A DNA stretch of 64,000 nt from the NCBI GenBank assembly GCA_963579735.1, contig CAUZIB010000011.1, positions 700-64,699 on the forward strand, read 5' to 3'. Made by a program: the position numbers and the translations under genes. The DNA comes from Vicinamibacteria bacterium (GTDB lineage Bacteria > Acidobacteriota > Vicinamibacteria > Vicinamibacterales > UBA8438). The number at the start of each line of letters is the position of its first letter. Positions within the stretch are counted from its first letter, which is position 1. Below the pieces are notes generated by a model, which saw only the letters and a list, made by a program, of their open reading frames with translations, ran no database searches and was not told where the DNA came from. Shown here one piece after another: positions 44,808-53,315 of the stretch.

Positions 44808-46280
44808 ATGCATACCATCCAAAGAATGACCGGGGTCGCCGTCTTCATCGTTGTCGCCGCGGTTCAGAGTCTTGCGGTGGCGGCGCCCGACGTCCGGCTG
44901 GCCACGGCCGCCAAGAATCATGACGCCGAGTCTGTCCGGACGTTGTTGACCGAGGGCGTCGCCGTGAATGCCACGCCGCCCGATGGCGTCACCGCACTGC
45001 ACTGGGCGGTTCAATGGAACCACGAGGCGATGGCTGACCTCCTGATCGGCGCGGGTGCCGCCGTGAATGCGGCGGATCACTATCAAGTGACACCGCTCGC
45101 GCTCGCCTGTACCAACGGGAGCGCTGGGATGGTTCACCGTTTACTGAAGGCTGGCGCGGATGTGAACGCCACCCAGGCAACCGGGGAAACCGCGTTGATG
45201 ACATGCGCGCGGTCGGGCGTGGTTGGCGCCGTGAGACCGCTTCTCGCGCGCGCGGTCGATGTGAACGCAGCAGAGGTCGCGCACGGACAGACCGCGCTCA
45301 TGTGGGCCACGTGGGAAGGTCATACGGAGGTCGTGCGCGCCTTGCTCGAGCATGGTGCCGATGTCGGGGCGCGGACGACGACCGGATACACGGCATTGTT
45401 GTTGGCGGCGCGTGAGGGTTATCAGGAGACAACTCAGACACTCCTCAATGCCGGCGCGGACATAAATGACACTGCGGAAGATGGGACGACAGCGTTGGTC
45501 GTTGCGACCATCCGACGGCACACGTCATACGCCGAGTACTTGCTCGACCACGGGGCAGACCCTAATCTGGGGCCCGGGTTTACGCCGCTGCACTGGGCGG
45601 CCGGCGAGTGGGACACCGAGTTGAACGACCTGTCCAATGGCGTCGCCGAGGGCAACGACTGGAGCGCATTCGGAGGACTACGCGCCCCGGATAGACTAGA
45701 CATGGTGCGGTTGCTCCTCGGTCACGGCGCGGATCCGAACCAGCGGACCGACCGAACTCCGGGGTTTGGTATCGCGGTGAAGGGCCATCTGGGCAACATC
45801 ACCGGCGGTACGCCGTTTCTGATTGCGGCGCGGGCGAACGATGTCGCCGTGATGCGCGAGTTGCTCACGCACGGCGCTGATCCGCTGATCCCGACGCGTA
45901 ACGGGACGACACCGCTCATGATGGCGGCCGGGATTGGCCACTCGCCAGGTATCACCCGTTCGAGCGAGGACGAGGCGCTCGACGCGGTCTATCTGTGCGT
46001 CGAGGTCGGCGCCGATGTCACCGCAGTCAACGACTCTGGCGACACGGCTCTGCATGGTGCCGCGTGGCGGGAACGAGCAGATTCGATTGTGCAGTTTCTC
46101 GTGGACCGTGGCGCTGAGATGGACGTAAAGAACAACCGAGACTGGACCCCGCTCGTCATCGCCGAAGGGATCCATACCGGGGGAAACTTCATCAAGTCGG
46201 ATACGACGTCCGCGTTGCTTCTCGAGCTCGGCGCGACCCCCAGCCCGCTTGATATCTCGAGAGAGCCACAGGCGAGATAG
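44808..46280 (+). CDS. secreted ankyrin-repeat protein (copy 1)
   Basis: Signal peptide (MTGVAVFIVVAAVQSLAVAAP) followed by multiple ANK repeats (G.TALHWA...LL..GA.VN). It lies 14 nt after the DUF1552 gene. Confidence 0.9.
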   Translation: MHTIQRMTGVAVFIVVAAVQSLAVAAPDVRLATAAKNHDAESVRTLLTEGVAVNATPPDGVTALHWAVQWNHEAMADLLIGAGAAVNAADHYQVTPLALACTNGSAGMVHRLLKAGADVNATQATGETALMTCARSGVVGAVRPLLARAVDVNAAEVAHGQTALMWATWEGHTEVVRALLEHGADVGARTTTGYTALLLAAREGYQETTQTLLNAGADINDTAEDGTTALVVATIRRHTSYAEYLLDHGADPNLGPGFTPLHWAAGEWDTELNDLSNGVAEGNDWSAFGGLRAPDRLDMVRLLLGHGADPNQRTDRTPGFGIAVKGHLGNITGGTPFLIAARANDVAVMRELLTHGADPLIPTRNGTTPLMMAAGIGHSPGITRSSEDEALDAVYLCVEVGADVTAVNDSGDTALHGAAWRERADSIVQFLVDRGAEMDVKNNRDWTPLVIAEGIHTGGNFIKSDTTSALLLELGATPSPLDISREPQAR

Positions 46281-46499
46281 CGCAGTTGGTCTGCAGAGCC
46301 CATCGCTGTGGGAGCGGCGCTACCGCGTGGCCGCAGGGCACGTTTTACATCTCTTCCTGCACGAGGCGCACGCGACCGGAGAGCGACCTCCTTTGCTGTG
46401 TCTAGTGGACGGCCTAGAGAGGAGAGGGCTTACCATCTTCCGGCCGGGCAGGGATGACGGTAAGACCTTGCTCCAAGACAGCCCACTAGTCGTGTCCGG

Positions 46500-47879
46500 T
46501 CAGTAGTCGTCCGCCGCCAACGAGACGCGGATGATTTCGGCGTTGTTCCGGTGCACGATGTGCTTGTTGGCGTAGGCCGGGTGCGTCCAGTTGATGGCGC
46601 GTTGGAATCGATCGGGACGGCCGCGGACGGCCGCGCCGGAGCTGCCGTCCGGCTCAATCAACAGGGTCCGGTCGAGTTCCACATAGCCTTCCGGCGTGAA
46701 CTGCGCGATCATCAAATACCCATCGTCATTGTTGACGAAGTATCGGTCGCCGTGCCGCACGATGAACGCGGCGCCCCAACGTGCTTGCGCCGTCATTTCG
46801 TCACTCATCCAGACCCGTTCGCCGGTCCGCGCGTTGAGGGCGCGTAGTTCTCCGTAGCTCCCCACCCCGTAGATATAGTCGCCGATGATGAGCGGGGTCG
46901 TGATGAGCGAGTGCAACCCGTCGGTCTGGTCCGGGAGCTCGCTCCGACTCGTGCCTTGCCACAGCATCGACGCGGTCGGGCGGTCCTGACTGAGTCGCAT
47001 CATCATGGACCCGTTGTAGAACTGCGAGACCACTAGGTAGTCCCCGCTGAGGACCGGGGTCGCCACGGACAGACCGGAGCCCGCCTCCCAGTCCTGGCTC
47101 CAGTAGACATCGCCGGTGTCTGGGTCGAGCGAGACGAGCGCCGCCGCGTGCCAGACAATCAGCTGCCGCGCGCCACCCGCTTCATAAATGACCGGCTGGC
47201 CGTAGCCCATCTCCCCGACCACTGTCACCGCGCGCCAAATCTCGTCACCGGTCTGTTTGTCGAAGGCCATCACGAGGGCATCCGGCTCGCCGCCGACCAC
47301 GGTGATCAGCTTGTCCCCGTCCACGAGAGGGGCGCTGGCGACTCCCCACGTCGGGATACTGGTGTTGTAGTCCGCGACGTAGTCCTTCTCCCAGATGACC
47401 GTGCCCGTCGCGACGTCCAGACAGAAGAGACGCCCGGTGGCACCGACGACATAGACTCGGTCGCCATCGACCGTCGGTGTGGCGCGGGGACCCACCGCAT
47501 ACGACGCCATCAGCATGCGGTAGCTCGTCGGCCACTCATGCGTCCAGAGCACCGCCCCGGTCTCTTCGTCGAGGGCTACCGCCCGTTCAATCCCGTCGAG
47601 CGTCCGTGACTCGGGATCCTCCTGCCAATCAACGACAAACACCCGACCGTCCGCGACCGCCGGCCCCGAATAGCCCGAACGAAGCGGTGTACGCCACGTC
47701 ACGTCGAGTCCATCCTCAGGAAACGACTCGATGATGCCGTCTTCGTGCCAGACCCCCAACCGGTCAGTTCCGCGCCACTGGGCCCAGTCGTCCGCCCCGA
47801 GCGCCGTGGCCCCGAGCCATATTGCCAGTGCGGCCGTCGTGCACCACGTCGTCCAGATCGTCGATTTCACAGATGTCAT
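46500..47879 (-). CDS. PQQ-like (BamB-type) beta-propeller repeat protein, secreted
   Basis: Signal peptide. DDWAQWRGTDRLGVW...YSGPAVADGRVFVVD, with repeated blade motifs. Same family as 37639-39060. Confidence 0.8.
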   Translation of the reverse strand: MTSVKSTIWTTWCTTAALAIWLGATALGADDWAQWRGTDRLGVWHEDGIIESFPEDGLDVTWRTPLRSGYSGPAVADGRVFVVDWQEDPESRTLDGIERAVALDEETGAVLWTHEWPTSYRMLMASYAVGPRATPTVDGDRVYVVGATGRLFCLDVATGTVIWEKDYVADYNTSIPTWGVASAPLVDGDKLITVVGGEPDALVMAFDKQTGDEIWRAVTVVGEMGYGQPVIYEAGGARQLIVWHAAALVSLDPDTGDVYWSQDWEAGSGLSVATPVLSGDYLVVSQFYNGSMMMRLSQDRPTASMLWQGTSRSELPDQTDGLHSLITTPLIIGDYIYGVGSYGELRALNARTGERVWMSDEMTAQARWGAAFIVRHGDRYFVNNDDGYLMIAQFTPEGYVELDRTLLIEPDGSSGAAVRGRPDRFQRAINWTHPAYANKHIVHRNNAEIIRVSLAADDY

Positions 47880-47935
47880 GATTCGATATTGTGCCCGATG
47901 TGCCCGGTCTCAAGATAGAAGGGTGGGTCGCGTGC

Positions 47936-48451
47936 TCATGTGCGGCTCTCTTGGAGCGCGCGCCGCCTCACGAGTTCACGCTCCAGTCCTTCTCGTCCCC
48001 GTTGCATCGCCCATCTGTGGTTCGCCGAGAAGATCGGACGCAATAGAAACGACAGATATCTGAGAAGCGGCTTATCGGCTCGCACGCTCCAGTCATAGGT
48101 GATGTCCAGATCGCGGCTTCTCTGCTCAAACGTCCAGACCCCGCGACCGACCGGGTCGCCGGTGGCCTCCACCGACAAATTGTGGGGTCGGTTGGAGCCT
48201 ACGACCGTCATCTGCCACCGTAGCGTGTAGAGCAGCTTCCCGCGCGTCAGCAGCAGCACGGTCTTACCAACGCCATCCGGGTTTCCGCGTCGCAAGACAT
48301 CGACGTCGAGAGATAGACCGCCGACCACCAATCGGTGAGCGACTCCACATCACTCAGCACGTCCCAGACCTCGTCTGCCGACGCGCACATGCGCCAATGC
48401 GTCGTGAATGTGAATGTGCCATAGGCAGGCTGGGATCTGTCGACCCTGCAT
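47936..48451 (-). pseudogene. SRPBCC (START/polyketide-cyclase-like) family protein, frameshifted
   Basis: ORF 47936-48331 holds the C-terminal two thirds (GNPDGVGKTV...GDPVGRGVWTFEQ...YDWSVRADKPLLRYLSFLLRPIFSANHRWAMQRG). The N-terminal strand and helix (YGTFTFTTHWRMCASADEVWDVLSDVESLTDWWSAVYLS) lie in a different frame, upstream of about 48310. The only upstream ATG (48451) is in a third frame. Confidence 0.5.
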
Positions 48452-48549
48452 CAACGATGCGTCATGCGCTGTTCTGCACCGCACGACGGTTGACCGCGGT
48501 GGGACGAACGGTCGAGGATCTGATAAGCGACGGGTGGCCGGCGCCCTAC

Positions 48550-49383
48550 CTACATCGCGTACTCAAAACCAATCAACGGCGTGACGTTGTCGCGCAAGCC
48601 GTTGTCGTCGAGTCGGAACAGGACGTTGAAGTCGAGGAGGAGCTCGCCCGCGATGTTGAGCTTGACGCCGATCGCGCCGTCGTGTTCCGTAAAGGTTTGG
48701 TTTGTGAAGCGGATGTTCGGGAACGTCGTGACGCCGTCGGGCGATCGGAACTGGTCCCGCTGAATTCTTGGGGCGTCCAGATATACCCGCCCCAATACGT
48801 CGAACGCGACGGTCACTCGTGACCCGATCGGCATGTCGGCACCGATTGTGTAGAACATCTGGTCCGCAAGATCGGCCGACTCACCCTCGGCGACGTTGCC
48901 GGCCAGAACGCTCGATCCATTCCACAGATAGCCGGCGTTGAAGTGCGGCGATATGGTCGCGGCCGAGGCCGACCACGCCACGAAGGGTCGAACGCCCGGC
49001 GTGCCGGACCCCAGCAGGTTCTTTTCGTCACCCGTCGGGATTCTCAAATCGACACCCACGGCGAACCCATGACGTCCACGCTGCCCCGCCACGCCGTCCG
49101 AAGCGCGTCCGTGAGTATGTCTTCCGTCCGCGGCCTCTAGACGGATGTGAGTCATCCCCATCCGGCCCCATCCTCCCTTGATGGGCGCGTAGACGTCGGG
49201 CTGCTCGGCCACGAAGTCGGCCTGCTGCTCCGGCGACAGCATGAGGTTGCCATACCCTTCGGAGATCGACGCCAGCGTGGCGAAGATCCGCCCCCCTACC
49301 CGGAAGTCGGCGGCCCCCATGTGGCTTCGCTCTTCCGCCCCGTCGAAGCCGAGCGCGATACGCCTGAAATCCTCGGCGATCAT
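48550..49383 (-). pseudogene. chimeric ORF: N-terminal YjbR/MmcQ-like domain fused in frame to the C-terminal part of an outer-membrane beta-barrel (MetA/phenol-degradation-like)
   Basis: The first 95 or so residues (MIAEDFRRIALGFDGAEERSHMGAADFRVGGRIFATL...PIKGGWGRMGMTHIRLEAAD) fit the YjbR pattern but lack its C-terminus. The remainder (GFAVGVDLRIPTGDEKNLLGSGTPGV...LFRLDDNGLRDNVTPLIGFEYAM*) looks like beta-barrel strands with no signal peptide or N-terminal strands. The junction lies about 49077-49128. Confidence 0.5.
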
Positions 49384-49600
49384 CGTGCGTCTCGACCCAG
49401 CCCTTCCTCCCAAGCCACCCTCCTCACCACAGAAGCGAGACCGTTCTCGCTCGCCAATAGGCTATCGCGTCCATCTTCTGGTCAGGAATCCTCGGCCGAG
49501 CGGGAACTTGGTCTTCATCTGCCCGCCACGGAGATACGCCGCGTGTCGGCGAGGAGAAGCGCAGGCTGCGTCGGGCCGAAATCACGCATGTGGACTACCG

Positions 49601-49766
49601 CTAGTGTCCCAGGTCAGTGATTCGTTGCATAAGTTGCCGCGCGCGGCGCGCGGCTGGCAAGGCGCGACGATGGAGCAAATTTGGCATTTGTGACCGAGGA
49701 GCAACGCCGCCAGACGGGATGCCCCGCCCGGGACTTATGTAAGGAATCGCTGACCTGGGGCACTAG
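49601..49766. repeat. 166-bp imperfect palindrome (37-nt terminal arms): MITE-like element or structured RNA
   Basis: Left arm 49601-49637 (CTAGTGTCCCAGGTCAGTGATTCGTTGCATAAGTTGC) against the reverse complement of right arm 49730-49766 (CTAGTGCCCCAGGTCAGCGATTCCTTACATAAGTCCC). I count 31 Watson-Crick matches, 4 transition differences and 2 mismatches. An inner GC hairpin GCCGCGCGCGGCGCGCGGC lies at 49636-49654. Confidence 0.6.
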
Positions 49767-49908
49767 GTCCAGGTCCCATATGAACGGGAACACAGGTCCG
49801 TGACGATGCCCTCACGCGCGCAACACTGTCCTCGGCACCACGTCCACGCTGGCTTCTTGGTCGCCGCCTGAACGTGCGTCGCGCGTGGTTCGCCCGTCTC
49901 GGATTCGT

Positions 49909-52002
49909 CTAGTCGAGAATCGCGCGGTTCTCGGCCTCTTGGATATATCGATCGACATCCTCGTCGAGTAGGAGCCGCTCTTGCTGTAGCTGCCGGGCGG
50001 CCCGGCTTACCGCCTCTACGTAGGCCTGGTGTGTTTCGTAGCGTTCTTCCAGCGAGAGTCGCGGGTCGCCAGACGCCAGTCGCTCGTCCCGAGTCGTGGC
50101 GAACGGCACGTATTGCCCGGCGCTTTCGCAGCCATCACCGAGGCCATATCCTTTACGGCGTAGCGCCCAACCCGTGGTGGTTGCGACTGGTGCGGCGACG
50201 GGCGGCAATCGGATGCCCGCGATTTCGTTGCCATCCTGGTCAGTTTTTGACACAAACGAGGGATAGGTTGGTTGGCCCTCGAATGCCGGCGGATAGTGAT
50301 TGACTCGGCCTTCATCGAACTGTGACCCGAAGTCGAACAGATACCGCGTCGTCGTGAGTCCGGTGTATGTGAGGCCCGGGATATCGGGGAACCCGAGATC
50401 GCTCTGTGGCACGATGCCTGTCACTGACCCGGGTTGAGGCACGGAAAACACGGCTGTTCCATCTGCCACTCTCGGGACCCGGCTATCGGGCGGCGTGACA
50501 TTCTGTGTGACCCATTCGTCGAGGGCGACCAGCAGCGCCCGGAGCGCTGGTGCCGCGTCGGTGGGATTCTGGAATTGCTGGCAGGGACCCTTGGCACGCA
50601 GGTCGCCCCGTCCGTGCTGTGCTCCGGCGATCAAGAAGAACCGAACATGGTTGGGGTCGGCGAGATCACGCCCCGCGGGGTCGGTGTGGAGCAGCGAGCT
50701 GGCCTTGGCCCAATACTCGTTTGCCGAATTGACCTCGAACACCTTCGCGCAGGTGCCCGACGCCAAACACCGCCCACTGCGACCCGCGGTTTTACCCGAC
50801 ACCGGGTCAGAAAGCTCCGGATACGCGAACGGAAAGATTCCCTCAGGGTAGAAGTGGTGCTGGCGGTTGCGTTCCGTTCGGTAGGTGTGCGCGAACCGGT
50901 AGTTGATTCCGACACCACCGCTTCCCGCGATCCAGTTCTCGATGCCGTCGAGCACGCGCTGGCCGTTCTCGTCCTGGTTGAAGCCAAGAGTCTGAAAATC
51001 GTTGAGATAGCGTCCAGGCTGGGACATGGTCCAGGCCAGCGTGGACCGCACGTCTCCCGCGAGGGGGTTGCGCGTCCCGAAGTCATCGTGTTCGGCATGC
51101 CGCAAGAAGGACATAAAGTCCCGGGTTGCGGCGAGTCCGAGTCCCGCGACCAACGGGTCCCGCGCGGTGTAGGTGAGCTCATAAATGTGACTTTGCTTGA
51201 ACGGTGTTCCGGCGGGGAGTAAGCGAATGGTCCGCTCGTCGACGAACTCCCATTCATCTGGACCGAGCGGCATCGGCGTGTCGTTCAAGAGCTGCTTCAC
51301 GGTCAGGGTCGAGAGACGCCTGTCGTCGTCGGCGTTCACGGTCACGGCCGGATAGGCCAACCGGTAGGTCGTGGTGTCGTTGGAATCTATGTTGATGTAC
51401 TCATACGAGGGTCCCTCGATGACAGACCCGTCGGCATTGCGCGCGATGGGGACGGTGATTGTCAGGCGGTCATTGCCGGTGTCAGCAGAAATGTCCCAGC
51501 CATTCCAGACCAGCGTATAGCCGCGGTCCATGAGAAAGCCGTTGCCGAGGTCAGCCGCCGTGGTGGGGTCATTGATTCGGGGGGCGTCGTTCAACCTGCC
51601 AAACAGTTTGTTTCCACGGTTGTTCACTTCGAGAAAAAGTGTGCGATTGCCGCGGTCGAGGTCGACGGGTTTGAGGATGTAGACATCCATCGAATACTCG
51701 ACCATACCGTCTGAGTTCCGGGGCGCGAGCGCGATGTCGGTAATGACTGCGTTCCGGGGAGCTTGCGGGTCGACCTCGCCATAGGCCTTTCCGCGCAGTT
51801 TTTCGTAGGCACCCACCGCCCCGAAACGCTTGCCGTCGGCCGTCGGAGACTCGACGGTCGTGATCTCGATACGTGTGATCCGCGCGTCCGCCGGGCTGAC
51901 CCATGCCCCGCTGACGCTCACAAATATGTACAGGAGCGATACGGTCAGTCGGGTCGACGATGACGCGGTGTGTCGGATGTGCGGTGGTTGCGACGTGCTC
52001 AT
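49909..52002 (-). CDS. large secreted protein of unknown function (possibly an alpha/beta-hydrolase-domain family)
   Basis: AGGAG RBS and a signal peptide (RLTVSLLYIFVSVSGAWVSPADA). The N-terminal block ITRIEITTVESPTADGKRFGAVGAYEKLRGKAYGEVDPQAPRNAVITDIALAPRNSDGMVEYSMDVYILKPVD...LFLEVNNRGNK matches a conserved hypothetical family I recall from Proteobacteria. I cannot confirm the family name. Confidence 0.6.
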   Translation of the reverse strand: MSTSQPPHIRHTASSSTRLTVSLLYIFVSVSGAWVSPADARITRIEITTVESPTADGKRFGAVGAYEKLRGKAYGEVDPQAPRNAVITDIALAPRNSDGMVEYSMDVYILKPVDLDRGNRTLFLEVNNRGNKLFGRLNDAPRINDPTTAADLGNGFLMDRGYTLVWNGWDISADTGNDRLTITVPIARNADGSVIEGPSYEYINIDSNDTTTYRLAYPAVTVNADDDRRLSTLTVKQLLNDTPMPLGPDEWEFVDERTIRLLPAGTPFKQSHIYELTYTARDPLVAGLGLAATRDFMSFLRHAEHDDFGTRNPLAGDVRSTLAWTMSQPGRYLNDFQTLGFNQDENGQRVLDGIENWIAGSGGVGINYRFAHTYRTERNRQHHFYPEGIFPFAYPELSDPVSGKTAGRSGRCLASGTCAKVFEVNSANEYWAKASSLLHTDPAGRDLADPNHVRFFLIAGAQHGRGDLRAKGPCQQFQNPTDAAPALRALLVALDEWVTQNVTPPDSRVPRVADGTAVFSVPQPGSVTGIVPQSDLGFPDIPGLTYTGLTTTRYLFDFGSQFDEGRVNHYPPAFEGQPTYPSFVSKTDQDGNEIAGIRLPPVAAPVATTTGWALRRKGYGLGDGCESAGQYVPFATTRDERLASGDPRLSLEERYETHQAYVEAVSRAARQLQQERLLLDEDVDRYIQEAENRAILD

Positions 52003-52189
52003 ATTTACTCCTGCGCTGCTGGGGTCCCCGCGACGAGTGTCGTGTCACCGTCCTGCCTTGACAGTGTCCGGGCGAGGCAACCCGTCTGGCCGCGTTGCTC
52101 CTCGCTCAATTTGCCCAACAAGCTCCCTCGTCTCGCCGGCCGGGTGCGGCACTCCGGAATCACTGTCAAGGCAAGACCGAGACACGACA

Positions 52190-53116
52190 CTACCGGGACG
52201 CCCCGGGGTCACGTTCCGCGGTCTCTGTCGCTTCGATGTTGCGATTGACTTCGAGGATGCCCGCCAGACCGTCGTTGCCTTCGTGACAGGCGTATTCATA
52301 GAGGCGGCCCTCATTCCGGTTGAAGGGGATCTGCGCCGTCCAAGACCGGCTCCAGGTTGTCGCATCCGAGGCGGTGAAACGGTAGTCGATCGTGTCGGCG
52401 TCGACGCGGACCAATCGTTCGACGAGGTGCAGGTTTCGAGCCGACCCCCGGAAATTTGTCCTCGAGGTGAAGTTCGTCGTCTCGATGACAAGCGTCTCTT
52501 CCTCCCAGTGTCCGCGCGAATCTCCGTTCCATTGCCGGATGTGCTCGGCGAGATGGAGACGTCCGTCCAACGGAACGATACGAGCGTGATGGATCATCTC
52601 GCTGAAGATGACAACGTAGCCCGGCGCCTGAAGAATCTGATAGTGGTTGTTATACAGACCGGGCAGACGTGGTACGGTGCGGGTGATACAGCGTTCGCTG
52701 GGGTTGCGCTCCTCCGGAGCATTCACACCCTGGCTACGACCCGCCTCCATTCGACGCTGGCCTGCAGGAGTGAGCGGTGGGACTCGGCCATCGACTGGAT
52801 CGATGATTAAAGACGTGCGTCGATTGCTGACCGTTTTGATCCCGCGATCCCAGTAGTAGCGGTCGTTGACCCGCTGTTCGGCTGTCGCCGCTTCATAGGC
52901 GACAGCTTCCTCGGCGGTAAGACTCGGCCGTTCGGCGAATTGTTGCGGCCGCTCCAGCGGGGTGATCGTGCGGTTGTCCCACACCCCCTGCAGGTCTGGA
53001 TCACCCCAGGGCGTGCGGGGTGGCTCTTGGACTGCTGATTGAGCCGACGTCGTCGACGAAATACCAAGCGCGAGAACGGCGCACAGTACACTCGCGTTCG
53101 CGGTGTTCAGAGTCAC
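52190..53116 (-). CDS. secreted protein, CHEGN-motif family (paralogue P5)
   Basis: The start is set at GTG 53116, preceded by a GAGGAGG RBS; the ORF-track start at 53167 is less likely. Motifs WGDPDLQGVW, TSLIIDPVDGRVPPLT, EMIHHARIVPLDGRLH, GDSRGHWEEETLVIETTNF and YEYACHEGN. Confidence 0.8.
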   Translation of the reverse strand: MTLNTANASVLCAVLALGISSTTSAQSAVQEPPRTPWGDPDLQGVWDNRTITPLERPQQFAERPSLTAEEAVAYEAATAEQRVNDRYYWDRGIKTVSNRRTSLIIDPVDGRVPPLTPAGQRRMEAGRSQGVNAPEERNPSERCITRTVPRLPGLYNNHYQILQAPGYVVIFSEMIHHARIVPLDGRLHLAEHIRQWNGDSRGHWEEETLVIETTNFTSRTNFRGSARNLHLVERLVRVDADTIDYRFTASDATTWSRSWTAQIPFNRNEGRLYEYACHEGNDGLAGILEVNRNIEATETAERDPGASR

Positions 53117-53315
53117 AGTCGTCCTCCTCGCCGCAGATGTGGTGGCGGCTCGTACTTCCCGAGCCACAGTCTATTGGATCGTCCCGTAGGGCGCGGAACC
53201 ATCCTCCGGGGCGTTGGCACTCGTCCACGTGCGGAATCGGCCTGGAACATGCCGCCCTCCTACTATACGATTCAATCGGACGGTTCGCGGTCAGGTCCTT
53301 GACTCCGGAAAGCCT

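Noticed and set aside
51830-52810. 326-aa plus-strand ORF
   Set aside because: It is antisense to the 697-aa gene and to paralogue P5, and its composition does not look like protein.
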